Shown here piece after piece: positions 28,355 to 36,265 of a stretch of DNA of 38,807 nucleotides. The notes beneath the pieces were generated by a model. That model saw only the letters and a program-made list of their open reading frames with translations, was not told where the DNA came from and did not search any database. Numbering within the stretch: the first letter of the stretch is position 1; the number at the start of each line of letters is the position of its first letter. A program made the translations under genes and the position numbers. This stretch comes from an uncultured Bacilli bacterium. Lineage in GTDB: Bacteria > Bacillota_I > Bacilli_A > RF39 > UBA660. The DNA is taken from NCBI GenBank assembly GCA_944358565.1, contig CALVRK010000001.1, positions 1-38,807 of the forward strand, in the 5' to 3' direction.

Positions 28355-29557
28355 TTACAATTTATCATCAATTTTATGCTTTTGAACTATAGAGAATATT
28401 TCTAAATCTTCATTTGCTTTTATTGTATATTTATCTTTAGCATTAATATAATAATTACTACCTATTGTTAATTTCTTTAATTGATTATTGATCGTAATTT
28501 CTCCTGAACCACTAGTTATTACACAAAATATATAGTGGTTATTTTCAAAAAAATTAATACTTTTTTTCGATTCAACATGTAACAATTTTATTTCTATAAC
28601 TAAATTATCAAATTCATATGATTTTAATAATTGATAATTACCCCAATCTTTTCTTACTATTTCATTATGCAACTTTGAATACATAGCAATGCCATTTTGG
28701 GAATTTATAATCAACGAATTTTCTACCCCATAATTTTTTATTATTTTATTTTCGGTATTAATTATGTTTGTATTAAAATTATCAGGCATAGAAATTTTTT
28801 CATAAAGCGTATTCCAATTTCCTAAATCTTTCCATGATTTATTACTTAATACAATCATCAAATCAGACATTTTTTCAAGTATTTCATAATCAAAACTAAT
28901 TTTTGGTAACAAATTATAATTATTTAAAAAATCTTTATAATTTTTACCATTACTATATTTTTTTGCAATTTTTATCATTGCACCTAATTTAAATACAAGA
29001 ATACCACTATTCCATGCAGCATTTTCAGATATTAATTTTTTTGCTTTAGTTTTATTTGGTTTTTCAATAAATTGTTTAACATATGAGCCTTCATGTAAAA
29101 TGTAACCATATTGTGTAGATGGATAGGCAGGCCTTATACCTACTAAACAAAAATCTTTATTAGAATCTTGCAACAGTTTTTCAGCTTTGAACAATATATT
29201 ATAAAATTTATTATCTACATCATGATCTGTTGGAATTATGGCAACAAATTCATTTTCATCCACATTATCTTCGTATTTTAAATATACTGCTACATTTAAA
29301 AAGGCTGCAAATGTATCATGAGAGAATGGTTCACATATTATGTTTGCAGAATTATTTGTCTGTAACAATGCTATGTCAGCATATTCTCTTTGAGTGGAAA
29401 CATATATTTTGCTATTTAATTTTTTTATTTTGCTATAGGTTGAAGTTAACATTGATTGGCTATTATCAAAAATTGATATAAATTGTTTTGGCAAGCTATC
29501 TGTTGATAAAGGCCATAATCTTGTTCCTTTACCACCAGCCATTAATACTATTTTCAT
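28355..29557 (-). CDS. Mannose-1-phosphate guanylyltransferase-like nucleotidyltransferase with a degenerate C-terminal cupin
   Basis: MKIVLMAGGKGTRLWPLS is the GxGTRLxPL motif. The C-terminal beta-rich segment lacks an obvious HxH cupin metal motif. Confidence 0.8.
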   Translation of the reverse strand: MKIVLMAGGKGTRLWPLSTDSLPKQFISIFDNSQSMLTSTYSKIKKLNSKIYVSTQREYADIALLQTNNSANIICEPFSHDTFAAFLNVAVYLKYEDNVDENEFVAIIPTDHDVDNKFYNILFKAEKLLQDSNKDFCLVGIRPAYPSTQYGYILHEGSYVKQFIEKPNKTKAKKLISENAAWNSGILVFKLGAMIKIAKKYSNGKNYKDFLNNYNLLPKISFDYEILEKMSDLMIVLSNKSWKDLGNWNTLYEKISMPDNFNTNIINTENKIIKNYGVENSLIINSQNGIAMYSKLHNEIVRKDWGNYQLLKSYEFDNLVIEIKLLHVESKKSINFFENNHYIFCVITSGSGEITINNQLKKLTIGSNYYINAKDKYTIKANEDLEIFSIVQKHKIDDKL

Positions 29558-29597
29558 AAAAAATACTACTCCTCTCTCAAAAATATATTTTTTACAT

Positions 29598-29627
29598 ATA
29601 TTAACATAACACTTAAAAATAAATCAA
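29598..29627 (-). promoter_or_regulatory. Candidate promoter of the glycan operon
   Basis: Minus strand reads TTGATT (29627-29622), 18 nt, TAATAT (29603-29598). GAGAGGAG RBS precedes ATG at 29557. Confidence 0.3.
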
Positions 29628-29711
29628 TATTCTGTTATAAATTTATATAATATACACAACTTCAAACATATTTATATTCTCATTAATAATTTAAAAAAAC
29701 AGCTTAAACTA

Positions 29712-30011
29712 TTAATCACTGATTCTAATATTAACCCCATCAACACTCTTATAAACTCTTTTTTTTTTTTTTTTAATTTTTTTTACAATTTCATCTTCCA
29801 AATCAAAACCTAACATTTCAGATAAACCAAATAAATAAATGGCAATATCAGCAATTTCCTCATTCAAATCATTTTTCTTTTTATTATAAGCATTAAATGC
29901 TTCTCCAACTTCACCATAAAGTAAACAAAATTCCTTTTCGACATTAGTTGTATTAAATCCTTTATTAACTTTATTTTGCCATATTTCCTTCTGCATCTCT
30001 TTCAAATTCAT
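29712..30011 (-). CDS. MazG-like nucleotide pyrophosphohydrolase (YpjD-like small form)
   Basis: EEIADIAIYLFGLSEMLGFDLEDEI is the MazG EExxD/E helix. ATG at 30011 (MNLKEMQ) has GAGGAA 7 nt upstream. The track start 30056 overlaps the upstream gene. Confidence 0.75.
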   Translation of the reverse strand: MNLKEMQKEIWQNKVNKGFNTTNVEKEFCLLYGEVGEAFNAYNKKKNDLNEEIADIAIYLFGLSEMLGFDLEDEIVKKIKKKKKRVYKSVDGVNIRISD

Positions 30012-30027
30012 AACTACATTCCTCTTT

Positions 30028-30918
30028 CTAATACCACTTTTTTCTAACATTAACACATTTCTTATTACTAAGTGTAATTACATCCAACTGCATCGGACAT
30101 AAATGATTAAATGGATGTAATAATTTAGGTGCACATTTTTGAATTTTCACAATACCACCAGTCGTTAAAATATAATTATTACTAGCTTTTCTAAGACCGC
30201 GCACATTTTTAGGAAAAAACTTTTTTTTAGGACTAATAATCCCGCTTTTAAAATTTCCAAAACCAAAAGGCACACATCCATCATGAGTATGACCACATAT
30301 AATCAAATCATAGTCTTTAAGTAAACTTAAACAATTTTTATCAAAACTAAACTCTGGCGAATGAATAAGTGCTACTGCTGGTAATTTAGTATCAATATTT
30401 TTATATAATAAATCATGACTTTTAAAATCATCATAAAAAGACTTAAAGTCATATTTTTCTTTAACATAATATTCTTTAGTTTCTGTATATCCCATAAACC
30501 AAATTTTATCATCAAAATATATATCATTATCTAATAAAATAACACCAGGAATATCTTTTATTACCTCACTTATTTCCCTTAAATGACTATCATGAGTTTC
30601 TCTTTGAATATAATCATGATTACCTAAAATAACAAATGTAGGGGCAGTGCTAGCTGAAAACTTTAATAAATCATCAAGCTTTGAAAAAGAATTAGGGTCC
30701 TTAAGTTCTTCTACCCGGTCAATTAAATCACCAACAAAAACAATATAATCAGCTTGTTCTTTTAAAATTTGTGTTTTCACCTTTTCTATTTTTTTAACAC
30801 TCACCATATCACTAATGTGTACATCCCCAATAGCTAAAATTTTAATATCTTGTTGGATTTTTCTATTATATAAATTCACATATCTAACTTGCACATAATC
30901 ATCAACAAATAATCTCAT
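30028..30918 (-). CDS. Calcineurin-like metallophosphoesterase
   Basis: Motifs seen: GDVHISD, VGDLID, GNHD, GHTH. Confidence 0.85.
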   Translation of the reverse strand: MRLFVDDYVQVRYVNLYNRKIQQDIKILAIGDVHISDMVSVKKIEKVKTQILKEQADYIVFVGDLIDRVEELKDPNSFSKLDDLLKFSASTAPTFVILGNHDYIQRETHDSHLREISEVIKDIPGVILLDNDIYFDDKIWFMGYTETKEYYVKEKYDFKSFYDDFKSHDLLYKNIDTKLPAVALIHSPEFSFDKNCLSLLKDYDLIICGHTHDGCVPFGFGNFKSGIISPKKKFFPKNVRGLRKASNNYILTTGGIVKIQKCAPKLLHPFNHLCPMQLDVITLSNKKCVNVRKKWY

Positions 30919-30931
30919 AATTTTATCACCC

Positions 30932-31612
30932 TTAAAATTTATTCACATCAATTAATTTATTTTCCAAATCTTTATCAACCAAAGTTTCATGAATTTTTTC
31001 TTCTGGACTATCCAAAAACACCTCTTCAATTCTATCTACCCTGCACCTTTCGGCTTTAATAATTGCTTCTAATTTATCAGCGGCTGTTTTAACCATATCA
31101 TTAACAATCACATAATTGTATTTAGAAAGTTCATTAATTTCTTTATATGCCGTTTCAAATCTTTCCATCACTTTCTCTTTACTTTCAGTATTTCTATCCG
31201 TTAATCTTCTTTTAAGTTCTCTCATACTAGGTGGCAATAAAAATATAAATAAAGCGTGAGGAATTTTTTTCTTAATTTGTAAAGCTCCTTGAATTTCAAT
31301 TACCAAAATAACATCTTCACCTTTATCTAAATGTTTTTGTACACTATCCCTAGGCGCCCCATAATAATTACCTGCAAATCTAGCATACTCAAGCATCTTA
31401 TCCTCTTTAATATTTTTTTCAAATTCTTCTTCACTTACAAAATAATATGCTTTACCATCTTCTTCTCCCTTGCGTGGCTTCCTACTAGTCATTGAAATAG
31501 ATTCCCAAACATTCGAATTGTTTTTCTTAAATTCATCACAAACGGTATTTTTACCACTACCACTTGGACCAGATAATACTATAAGTAATCCTTGTTTTTT
31601 AGTCTTAATCAT
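30932..31612 (-). CDS. gmk: Guanylate kinase (with about 25-aa C-terminal extension)
   Basis: GPSGSGKNT P-loop, YYFVSEEEF, and the GNYYGAP / EIQGA pattern. AGGAGG RBS. Confidence 0.92.
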   Translation of the reverse strand: MIKTKKQGLLIVLSGPSGSGKNTVCDEFKKNNSNVWESISMTSRKPRKGEEDGKAYYFVSEEEFEKNIKEDKMLEYARFAGNYYGAPRDSVQKHLDKGEDVILVIEIQGALQIKKKIPHALFIFLLPPSMRELKRRLTDRNTESKEKVMERFETAYKEINELSKYNYVIVNDMVKTAADKLEAIIKAERCRVDRIEEVFLDSPEEKIHETLVDKDLENKLIDVNKF

Positions 31613-31630
31613 AAAACCCTCCTATTATAG

Positions 31631-31650
31631 AAAAAACGGTCTAAACCGTT
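31631..31650 (-). terminator. Weak intrinsic terminator/attenuator between the acidic small protein and gmk
   Basis: Minus strand reads AACGGT-TTAG-ACCGTT followed by TTTTC. The stem overlaps the upstream TGA and is followed at once by the gmk RBS. Confidence 0.4.
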
Positions 31651-31940
31651 CAATCATTTAATAATTGTTTTAACCTCTCAGGATGATCAATATATTCTTT
31701 TGCTTCAGGTACCAATAATGGAACTATTTGTTTTAATTCATCACCATTAACTACATCCATATATTCATCCTTACCATCAAAATAACTCTTAACCACTTGA
31801 TATTCATCTATAAAATCATCTTCAGTTTGATTAACTCTTACTAAATAACTATATTTAAAACCATCTATAACCTTCTCGGCTAAAACAAACCATTTATCAT
31901 TTTCATCAAATTCCACTACCGTGTGTAAACCATTTTCCAT
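31650..31940 (-). CDS. Small acidic protein, DUF1292-like
   Basis: 96 aa, highly acidic, with a pattern like FDENDKWFVLAEKV...YSYLVRV...DEY. The family assignment is tentative. Confidence 0.45.
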   Translation of the reverse strand: MENGLHTVVEFDENDKWFVLAEKVIDGFKYSYLVRVNQTEDDFIDEYQVVKSYFDGKDEYMDVVNGDELKQIVPLLVPEAKEYIDHPERLKQLLND

Positions 31941-31954
31941 TAACGCATCCCCCT

Positions 31955-33460
31955 TTATCTCATTTTTGTAACAGTATTTACAACATCATCCAATCCAATA
32001 AATCCAGAAGGATCAGACATGCTATTACCAAATAACATTGTATTATTAGGATCTTTAGCTAACTCTGCAAGCAAATTAGGATCATTAAGCTGATCAGGAG
32101 TTAAACCCATATAACTATTTGTAGCTGTATTAAATACATCTATAGGATTATTACTGAACCATTGATTAGAAATAACACCATTTACATTATTAGCCGCATC
32201 AGCGGCATTACTAAACACTGTATGCCCTTCTCCTATACTAGAATAATCTATAGACTGAGCTGCTTGTGATACAGTATCTTGAACGGTTGAAGCCGTCTGA
32301 GTCACTTGATTTGCAACATCTACATTTTCCGGACTAATCAATTGATTAATTCCATTTATAATTTGTGGACCAAGGACAAACACACCAACTCCAACAATTA
32401 CAATTACACCAGCAACAATTGCTACTTTCGTCCATTTATCTAAGCCTTTAAATTTCTCTATTCCTCTTTTAATTAAAGAAGGCTTAGCCACTTTACGAGT
32501 AATTTTTCTACCCTTAACAGAATCTTTTTTTTCTGCTCTATTATTCAAAGGAATATTAGAAGTAACAACTAGACTCTTCTCATCATCTTCTGTTTTAGAA
32601 ACAGTGCTCAAAGCATAAGTTCTGTTTTTATCCTGTACTTCACTAGAAAAACTTTTATTATCAACTGTTTTAAAATGTTTACCTTCTTTCCGCTCTCCTA
32701 AATCATTGCCTAAAAATTGATTATAATATTTAATATCATCAACATCACCCATAATTTTGATATTACCATCATTATTCACTCTAACTTTCACATCAAAACC
32801 ATCTAAAGGTGTATCACCAATTTCTAATCTATTCCAAAGTTTTATATTCTTAATAGCTTTATCTTTAACCATATTCCCAACTATTTGACTATAGTTATCA
32901 CTTAACCAATTACTAGTAAAGTTACCAACAACATGTAAGTAACCATCTTTTTTAAAAACAGCATATTCTGAATTTAAATCATTTGGTCTAAAATGTCTAT
33001 TACCAATATAAGTAATTATAGATGAATCAGTAGTTTCTACTTTTTTACTGTCCTGTGACATAATATCCTTAAGTAATTTCCCCGTAATTGTTTTTTGAAC
33101 TTTTTCTTCTGTATTTTTTGTTTTAAAATGTTGGCCCACATAAGGTTTTGTTTGTTTTTTTTGATTCATTAAATCAGCTTTTAAATTTAAAAGTTCTTTT
33201 TTTCGTCTATTATAAACTGCATCATAATTCTTATCGCCAAAATTAACTACATCACCATAGAAACTACGAATTGGTTGCTTATTATAATAGCTCTCCTCTA
33301 ATTCCAATAAACTTCTTTGTTGATAGTATGCCTTTTCATAATTAACATCATTAAACCCAAGCTCAATATCTTCCTCACCATCATCAACATAATGAAAAAT
33401 TAATGGTTCATGATTTTTATATTTACTATCAAGTTCATTTTTTCTAATCTCAAAATCCAT
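31955..33460 (-). CDS. Uncharacterised bitopic membrane protein (about 345-aa cytoplasmic part, 1 TM, about 135-aa external tail)
   Basis: A long ORF with a single TM segment (VAIVAGVIVIVGVGVFVLG) preceded by a strongly basic stretch. ATG at 33460 (MDFEIRK, G-rich RBS) is preferred over GTG at 33475. No family recognised. Confidence 0.6.
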   Translation of the reverse strand: MDFEIRKNELDSKYKNHEPLIFHYVDDGEEDIELGFNDVNYEKAYYQQRSLLELEESYYNKQPIRSFYGDVVNFGDKNYDAVYNRRKKELLNLKADLMNQKKQTKPYVGQHFKTKNTEEKVQKTITGKLLKDIMSQDSKKVETTDSSIITYIGNRHFRPNDLNSEYAVFKKDGYLHVVGNFTSNWLSDNYSQIVGNMVKDKAIKNIKLWNRLEIGDTPLDGFDVKVRVNNDGNIKIMGDVDDIKYYNQFLGNDLGERKEGKHFKTVDNKSFSSEVQDKNRTYALSTVSKTEDDEKSLVVTSNIPLNNRAEKKDSVKGRKITRKVAKPSLIKRGIEKFKGLDKWTKVAIVAGVIVIVGVGVFVLGPQIINGINQLISPENVDVANQVTQTASTVQDTVSQAAQSIDYSSIGEGHTVFSNAADAANNVNGVISNQWFSNNPIDVFNTATNSYMGLTPDQLNDPNLLAELAKDPNNTMLFGNSMSDPSGFIGLDDVVNTVTKMR

Positions 33461-33492
33461 ATTAAGGCCCCCCACAATTTAATTTACGATAT

Positions 33493-33521
33493 ATATTATA
33501 ATAACTTAATGTATTTGTCAA
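33493..33521 (-). promoter_or_regulatory. Candidate sigma-A promoter for the 500-aa protein operon
   Basis: Minus strand reads TTGACA (33521-33516), 17 nt, TAATAT (33498-33493), overlapping a TATAAT at 15-nt spacing. Confidence 0.5.
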
Positions 33522-33600
33522 TTTTACAATATCTAATTAAATTATATCATATTACTTAATTTTTTTGTACAAATATATTTTTCAAATGTAAAAAAGCAAA

Positions 33601-33739
33601 ATCAAAATTTATGCTTAGATAGTTTGTTCTAGATATAACATGTATTTTTCTAAACCTTCAAACATTATATTAACTGATGCATTATAATTTCTATCATGAT
33701 TAATGTGACATATAGGACGCTCCTCTTTCCTTACTCTTA
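33601..33739 (-). mobile_element. TnpB C-terminal tail remnant, copy B; 139-bp repeat unit
   Basis: The minus strand reads RVRKEERPICHINHDRNYNASVNIMFEGLEKYMLYLEQTI* with the stop at 33615-33617. It aligns without gaps to 1682-1820 at a constant offset of 31919. My hand count gives 119/139 identical positions. Confidence 0.7.
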
Positions 33740-33757
33740 AATCTTTTACCTATTATT

Positions 33758-34366
33758 TTATTTTATCCTAACTCCAAGCAAATGCACTAAATCGATACAT
33801 TGAAATTGATTGACAATCATTCCTTTCACACTTATCATATCAAACATTACATCAGAAATATCCGAAGAAGAAAAATCAACACCATTTAATGGAGTATTTA
33901 AAAACTCAGCTTTAGTAAACTTAACTTCTGATAAATTTAAATTTTTAATCTTAGTTTCCACAAAAGAACTTTCCGAAAAATCACTATCATTAATTTTCAT
34001 ATCATTAATTCTAGCTCCAGCCATATTAACATACCTCGCACTAACACTATCAAATTTAACATTCTTAATAAAACTATCCACAAAAGTCGAACCAATTAAT
34101 TTCACATTTTTAAATAATACATTTTTTATCAATCTTTCATCCATATGTTTATTTGATAAATCACAATTTTCAAAATTAACATTTACAAAATCAACACCAT
34201 CAAATTCAATTTCATTAAAATCAACATTTCTAAAAACACAATCCCCAAAAGTTATATTTTTTAATTTTACATTTTTTTGGATTCCATCATACAACTTGTT
34301 ACTGATTGTTTCATCTTCCAAATTCACATCTAATACACTATCAATAGTATTAATTACTTTCGGCAT
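33758..34366 (-). CDS. Pentapeptide-repeat protein (Qnr/MfpA-sized)
   Basis: 202 aa made almost entirely of A(D/N)LxF-type pentapeptides, such as NVDFNEIEFDGVDFVNVNFENCDLS. GGAGGA RBS. Confidence 0.85.
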   Translation of the reverse strand: MPKVINTIDSVLDVNLEDETISNKLYDGIQKNVKLKNITFGDCVFRNVDFNEIEFDGVDFVNVNFENCDLSNKHMDERLIKNVLFKNVKLIGSTFVDSFIKNVKFDSVSARYVNMAGARINDMKINDSDFSESSFVETKIKNLNLSEVKFTKAEFLNTPLNGVDFSSSDISDVMFDMISVKGMIVNQFQCIDLVHLLGVRIK

Positions 34367-34383
34367 AAAATTCCTCCAATATA

Positions 34384-34404
34384 TTAAAAGCCCAAAACGG
34401 GCTT
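34384..34404 (-). terminator. Intrinsic terminator after tRNA-Arg
   Basis: Minus strand reads AAGCCC-GTTTT-GGGCTT followed by TTAATAT. Confidence 0.5.
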
Positions 34405-34413
34405 AAATTCAAC

Positions 34414-34490
34414 TGGCGTCCATGGGCAGATTCGAACTGCCGACCTACCGCTTAGGAGGCGGTTGCTCTATCCTACTGAGCTACATAGAC
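34414..34490 (-). tRNA. tRNA-Arg (anticodon CCU)
   Basis: The reverse complement is GTCTATGTAGCTCAGTAGGATAGAGCAACCGCCTCCTAAGCGGTAGGTCGGCAGTTCGAATCTGCCCATGGACGCCA. Features seen: a canonical AGCTCAGT.GGA D-loop, anticodon loop CUCCUAA, a GTTCGAATC T-loop and an encoded CCA. Confidence 0.9.
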
Positions 34491-34504
34491 ATCAAATTAA
34501 TTAT

Positions 34505-34536
34505 AACAAAAAAAGAGCCATATATAAAGACTCTTT
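34505..34536 (-). terminator. Candidate terminator after the HD gene
   Basis: Minus strand reads AAAGAG...CTCTTT, a stem with a 13-nt loop, followed by TTTTTGTT. It overlaps the stop codon. A TATAAT just downstream could serve tRNA-Arg. Confidence 0.35.
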
Positions 34537-35042
34537 TAAAATTTAATAAAGCTAATTGCAAATAACAAAAATAAATTATAAGCATATTTAAGTCTAAATC
34601 TAAATTTAATAGCAAACTCATTAGTAGCCACACATTTATCAACCATACTAACTATCCAACTTTCTGCATATTTAGGAACAGATAAATTAATTGGAAACAT
34701 ATGCGACCTAATCATATCTATTTCCTTATTTGTCAAATCAAAATGTGTTCTAGCCATTTCCACCGCATATTTCGGATGAGTAAATACAGAAACTAAACGA
34801 TCCTTTTGCGTTCTATCTTCTGGACTCAAAAAGAAATCGTGCAAAAGCCCACCAATAGCTGTTTGTTCATAATCTAAATGTAAAGCTTTAGCAATCTTAT
34901 AAGAATAATAAGATACTTTTAAAGAATGATCATATCTACTTATCCCATGATGTTCTATTTGTTTAATTTTTAAAAACTCATCATTATCTAAAATGTTATT
35001 AACTATACTCATATATTGTAAGTCTTTTTTATGACTACTCAT
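34536..35042 (-). CDS. HD-domain phosphohydrolase
   Basis: 168 aa. HHGISRYDHSLKVS and GLLHDF are the H...HD...D motifs. Confidence 0.75.
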   Translation of the reverse strand: MSSHKKDLQYMSIVNNILDNDEFLKIKQIEHHGISRYDHSLKVSYYSYKIAKALHLDYEQTAIGGLLHDFFLSPEDRTQKDRLVSVFTHPKYAVEMARTHFDLTNKEIDMIRSHMFPINLSVPKYAESWIVSMVDKCVATNEFAIKFRFRLKYAYNLFLLFAISFIKF

Positions 35043-35106
35043 TGTAATTCACCTCAAAGTTACTTAAACAGTATACCATATTTATAAACAAATTACAAAT
35101 TGGCAC

Positions 35107-36162
35107 CTATTCAGCATTTTCCTCTTGTTTTCCTTCTATTTTAACACTTTCAGATGGTGGTGTAATTTGAATAAATGTATTTCCATCGTTAACTTTTATC
35201 TCGTCACCATCCATATTTTTGTAAACTGTTTGACTACTTCTACTATCTTTTGACCAAGTTATCGGAATTGCATAGCCATCAGTTATAAAATATCCTTCAC
35301 CTGAGCCAATATCATCTAACTCTAATCTACCATATGAATCATAAGTATGTGTCGCAATTGGTGTAATAATAATGTTTTTGGCTGTATATTGCTCACCAGT
35401 TACCGCATCAACATGAGCCGTATCTGACATAAATCTTTTATAAACTTTATTCACACTATCATATTCATAGCTTGTATCAGTATAATATGAATATTTCATG
35501 AAAACCGTATCGGCTTTTATCGCATCTTCTCTTTTACTTAAATCAATTTCATCGACACTATAGTTCAAAAGTAAATCTTTGTTAGTATCACGGTCATAAC
35601 CTTTTTCTTTCGCATATTCGTTTATTTTTTCCATACTAGTAAATACCGTATGTTCAGTTGCTTTATTAAGTGTCTTATCTCTCCAAAAAACACTAGATAC
35701 CGTTAAACCATTAATATTATCCACGTCAAGTGAACTGATATCTGATTTTGCTTGTTCACTCCAACCATAATGTACATAAATAGCATCATTTTCTAAAGCA
35801 TAATCTAAATAATATGGTCTTGCACTTCTAACTGAGCCTATTTTCTCTGTATTTTGATCTTTAAATAAAGCCATCATACGAGTAATTCCACCTTCAGCTA
35901 AAATTTCATAAGTTAAATAAGCATCTTGTAAGCCAGCATGTGGCCAAGCCTCATGATTATTATTAATCATAACCGCAATTGGTCTTGTTTTTGAATCTTC
36001 ATCGACAATTTGTAATTTTTTCTCTGGCTCAATTTTTTTCGCATACTTTTTAGCATCCTCCGGATGTGACCAAACATAATAAGCTCCAAAACCAACTAAA
36101 ATTAAAATTATAAATATAATTACACCAAATTTTTTCTTACCTTTTTTACGCCTTTTTGCCAT
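35107..36162 (-). CDS. DUF3048 (YerB-like) membrane-anchored extracellular protein
   Basis: Basic N-terminus plus a TM segment, then PIAVMINNNHEAWPHAGLQDAYLTYEILAEGGITRMMALF, typical of DUF3048. ATG at 36162 (AGGGGA 6 nt upstream) is preferred over the track start. Confidence 0.7.
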   Translation of the reverse strand: MAKRRKKGKKKFGVIIFIILILVGFGAYYVWSHPEDAKKYAKKIEPEKKLQIVDEDSKTRPIAVMINNNHEAWPHAGLQDAYLTYEILAEGGITRMMALFKDQNTEKIGSVRSARPYYLDYALENDAIYVHYGWSEQAKSDISSLDVDNINGLTVSSVFWRDKTLNKATEHTVFTSMEKINEYAKEKGYDRDTNKDLLLNYSVDEIDLSKREDAIKADTVFMKYSYYTDTSYEYDSVNKVYKRFMSDTAHVDAVTGEQYTAKNIIITPIATHTYDSYGRLELDDIGSGEGYFITDGYAIPITWSKDSRSSQTVYKNMDGDEIKVNDGNTFIQITPPSESVKIEGKQEENAE

Positions 36163-36265
36163 AAAGCATCCCCTACCTTGTACTATCATTATATCAAATA
36201 GCCGAAATAACCGTTATATAAATTATCTCTTCTAATGTAAATATATGTCTATTCGAAGAAAATAA

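Noticed and set aside
30012-30056. Track-predicted N-terminal extension of the MazG-like ORF, overlapping the metallophosphoesterase gene by 29 nt
   Set aside because: The internal ATG at 30011 has a well-spaced GAGGAA RBS and starts right after the upstream stop. The extension (MLMLEKSGIRKRNVV) has no support. Similar over-extensions were trimmed for divIB, the ABC ATPase, the ArsR-family regulator, GNAT, the methyltransferase, PHP, NodB, DUF3048 and the 500-aa protein.
1682-33739. The two direct 139-bp repeats as ends of a 32-kb composite transposon or excisable island
   Set aside because: The interval contains core genes (murG, murB, divIB, gmk, tRNA). The repeats are only about 86% identical and carry no transposase. 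IS200/IS605 elements do not form composite transposons through direct terminal copies.
33810-34406. 198-aa plus-strand ORF, the longest 'extra' ORF in the track
   Set aside because: It is the antisense shadow of the pentapeptide-repeat gene. The repetitive AT-rich codons stay open on the opposite strand. The product is low-complexity (S/L/F/I/T-rich) and has no RBS. It would also run through the terminator and into the tRNA-Arg gene.
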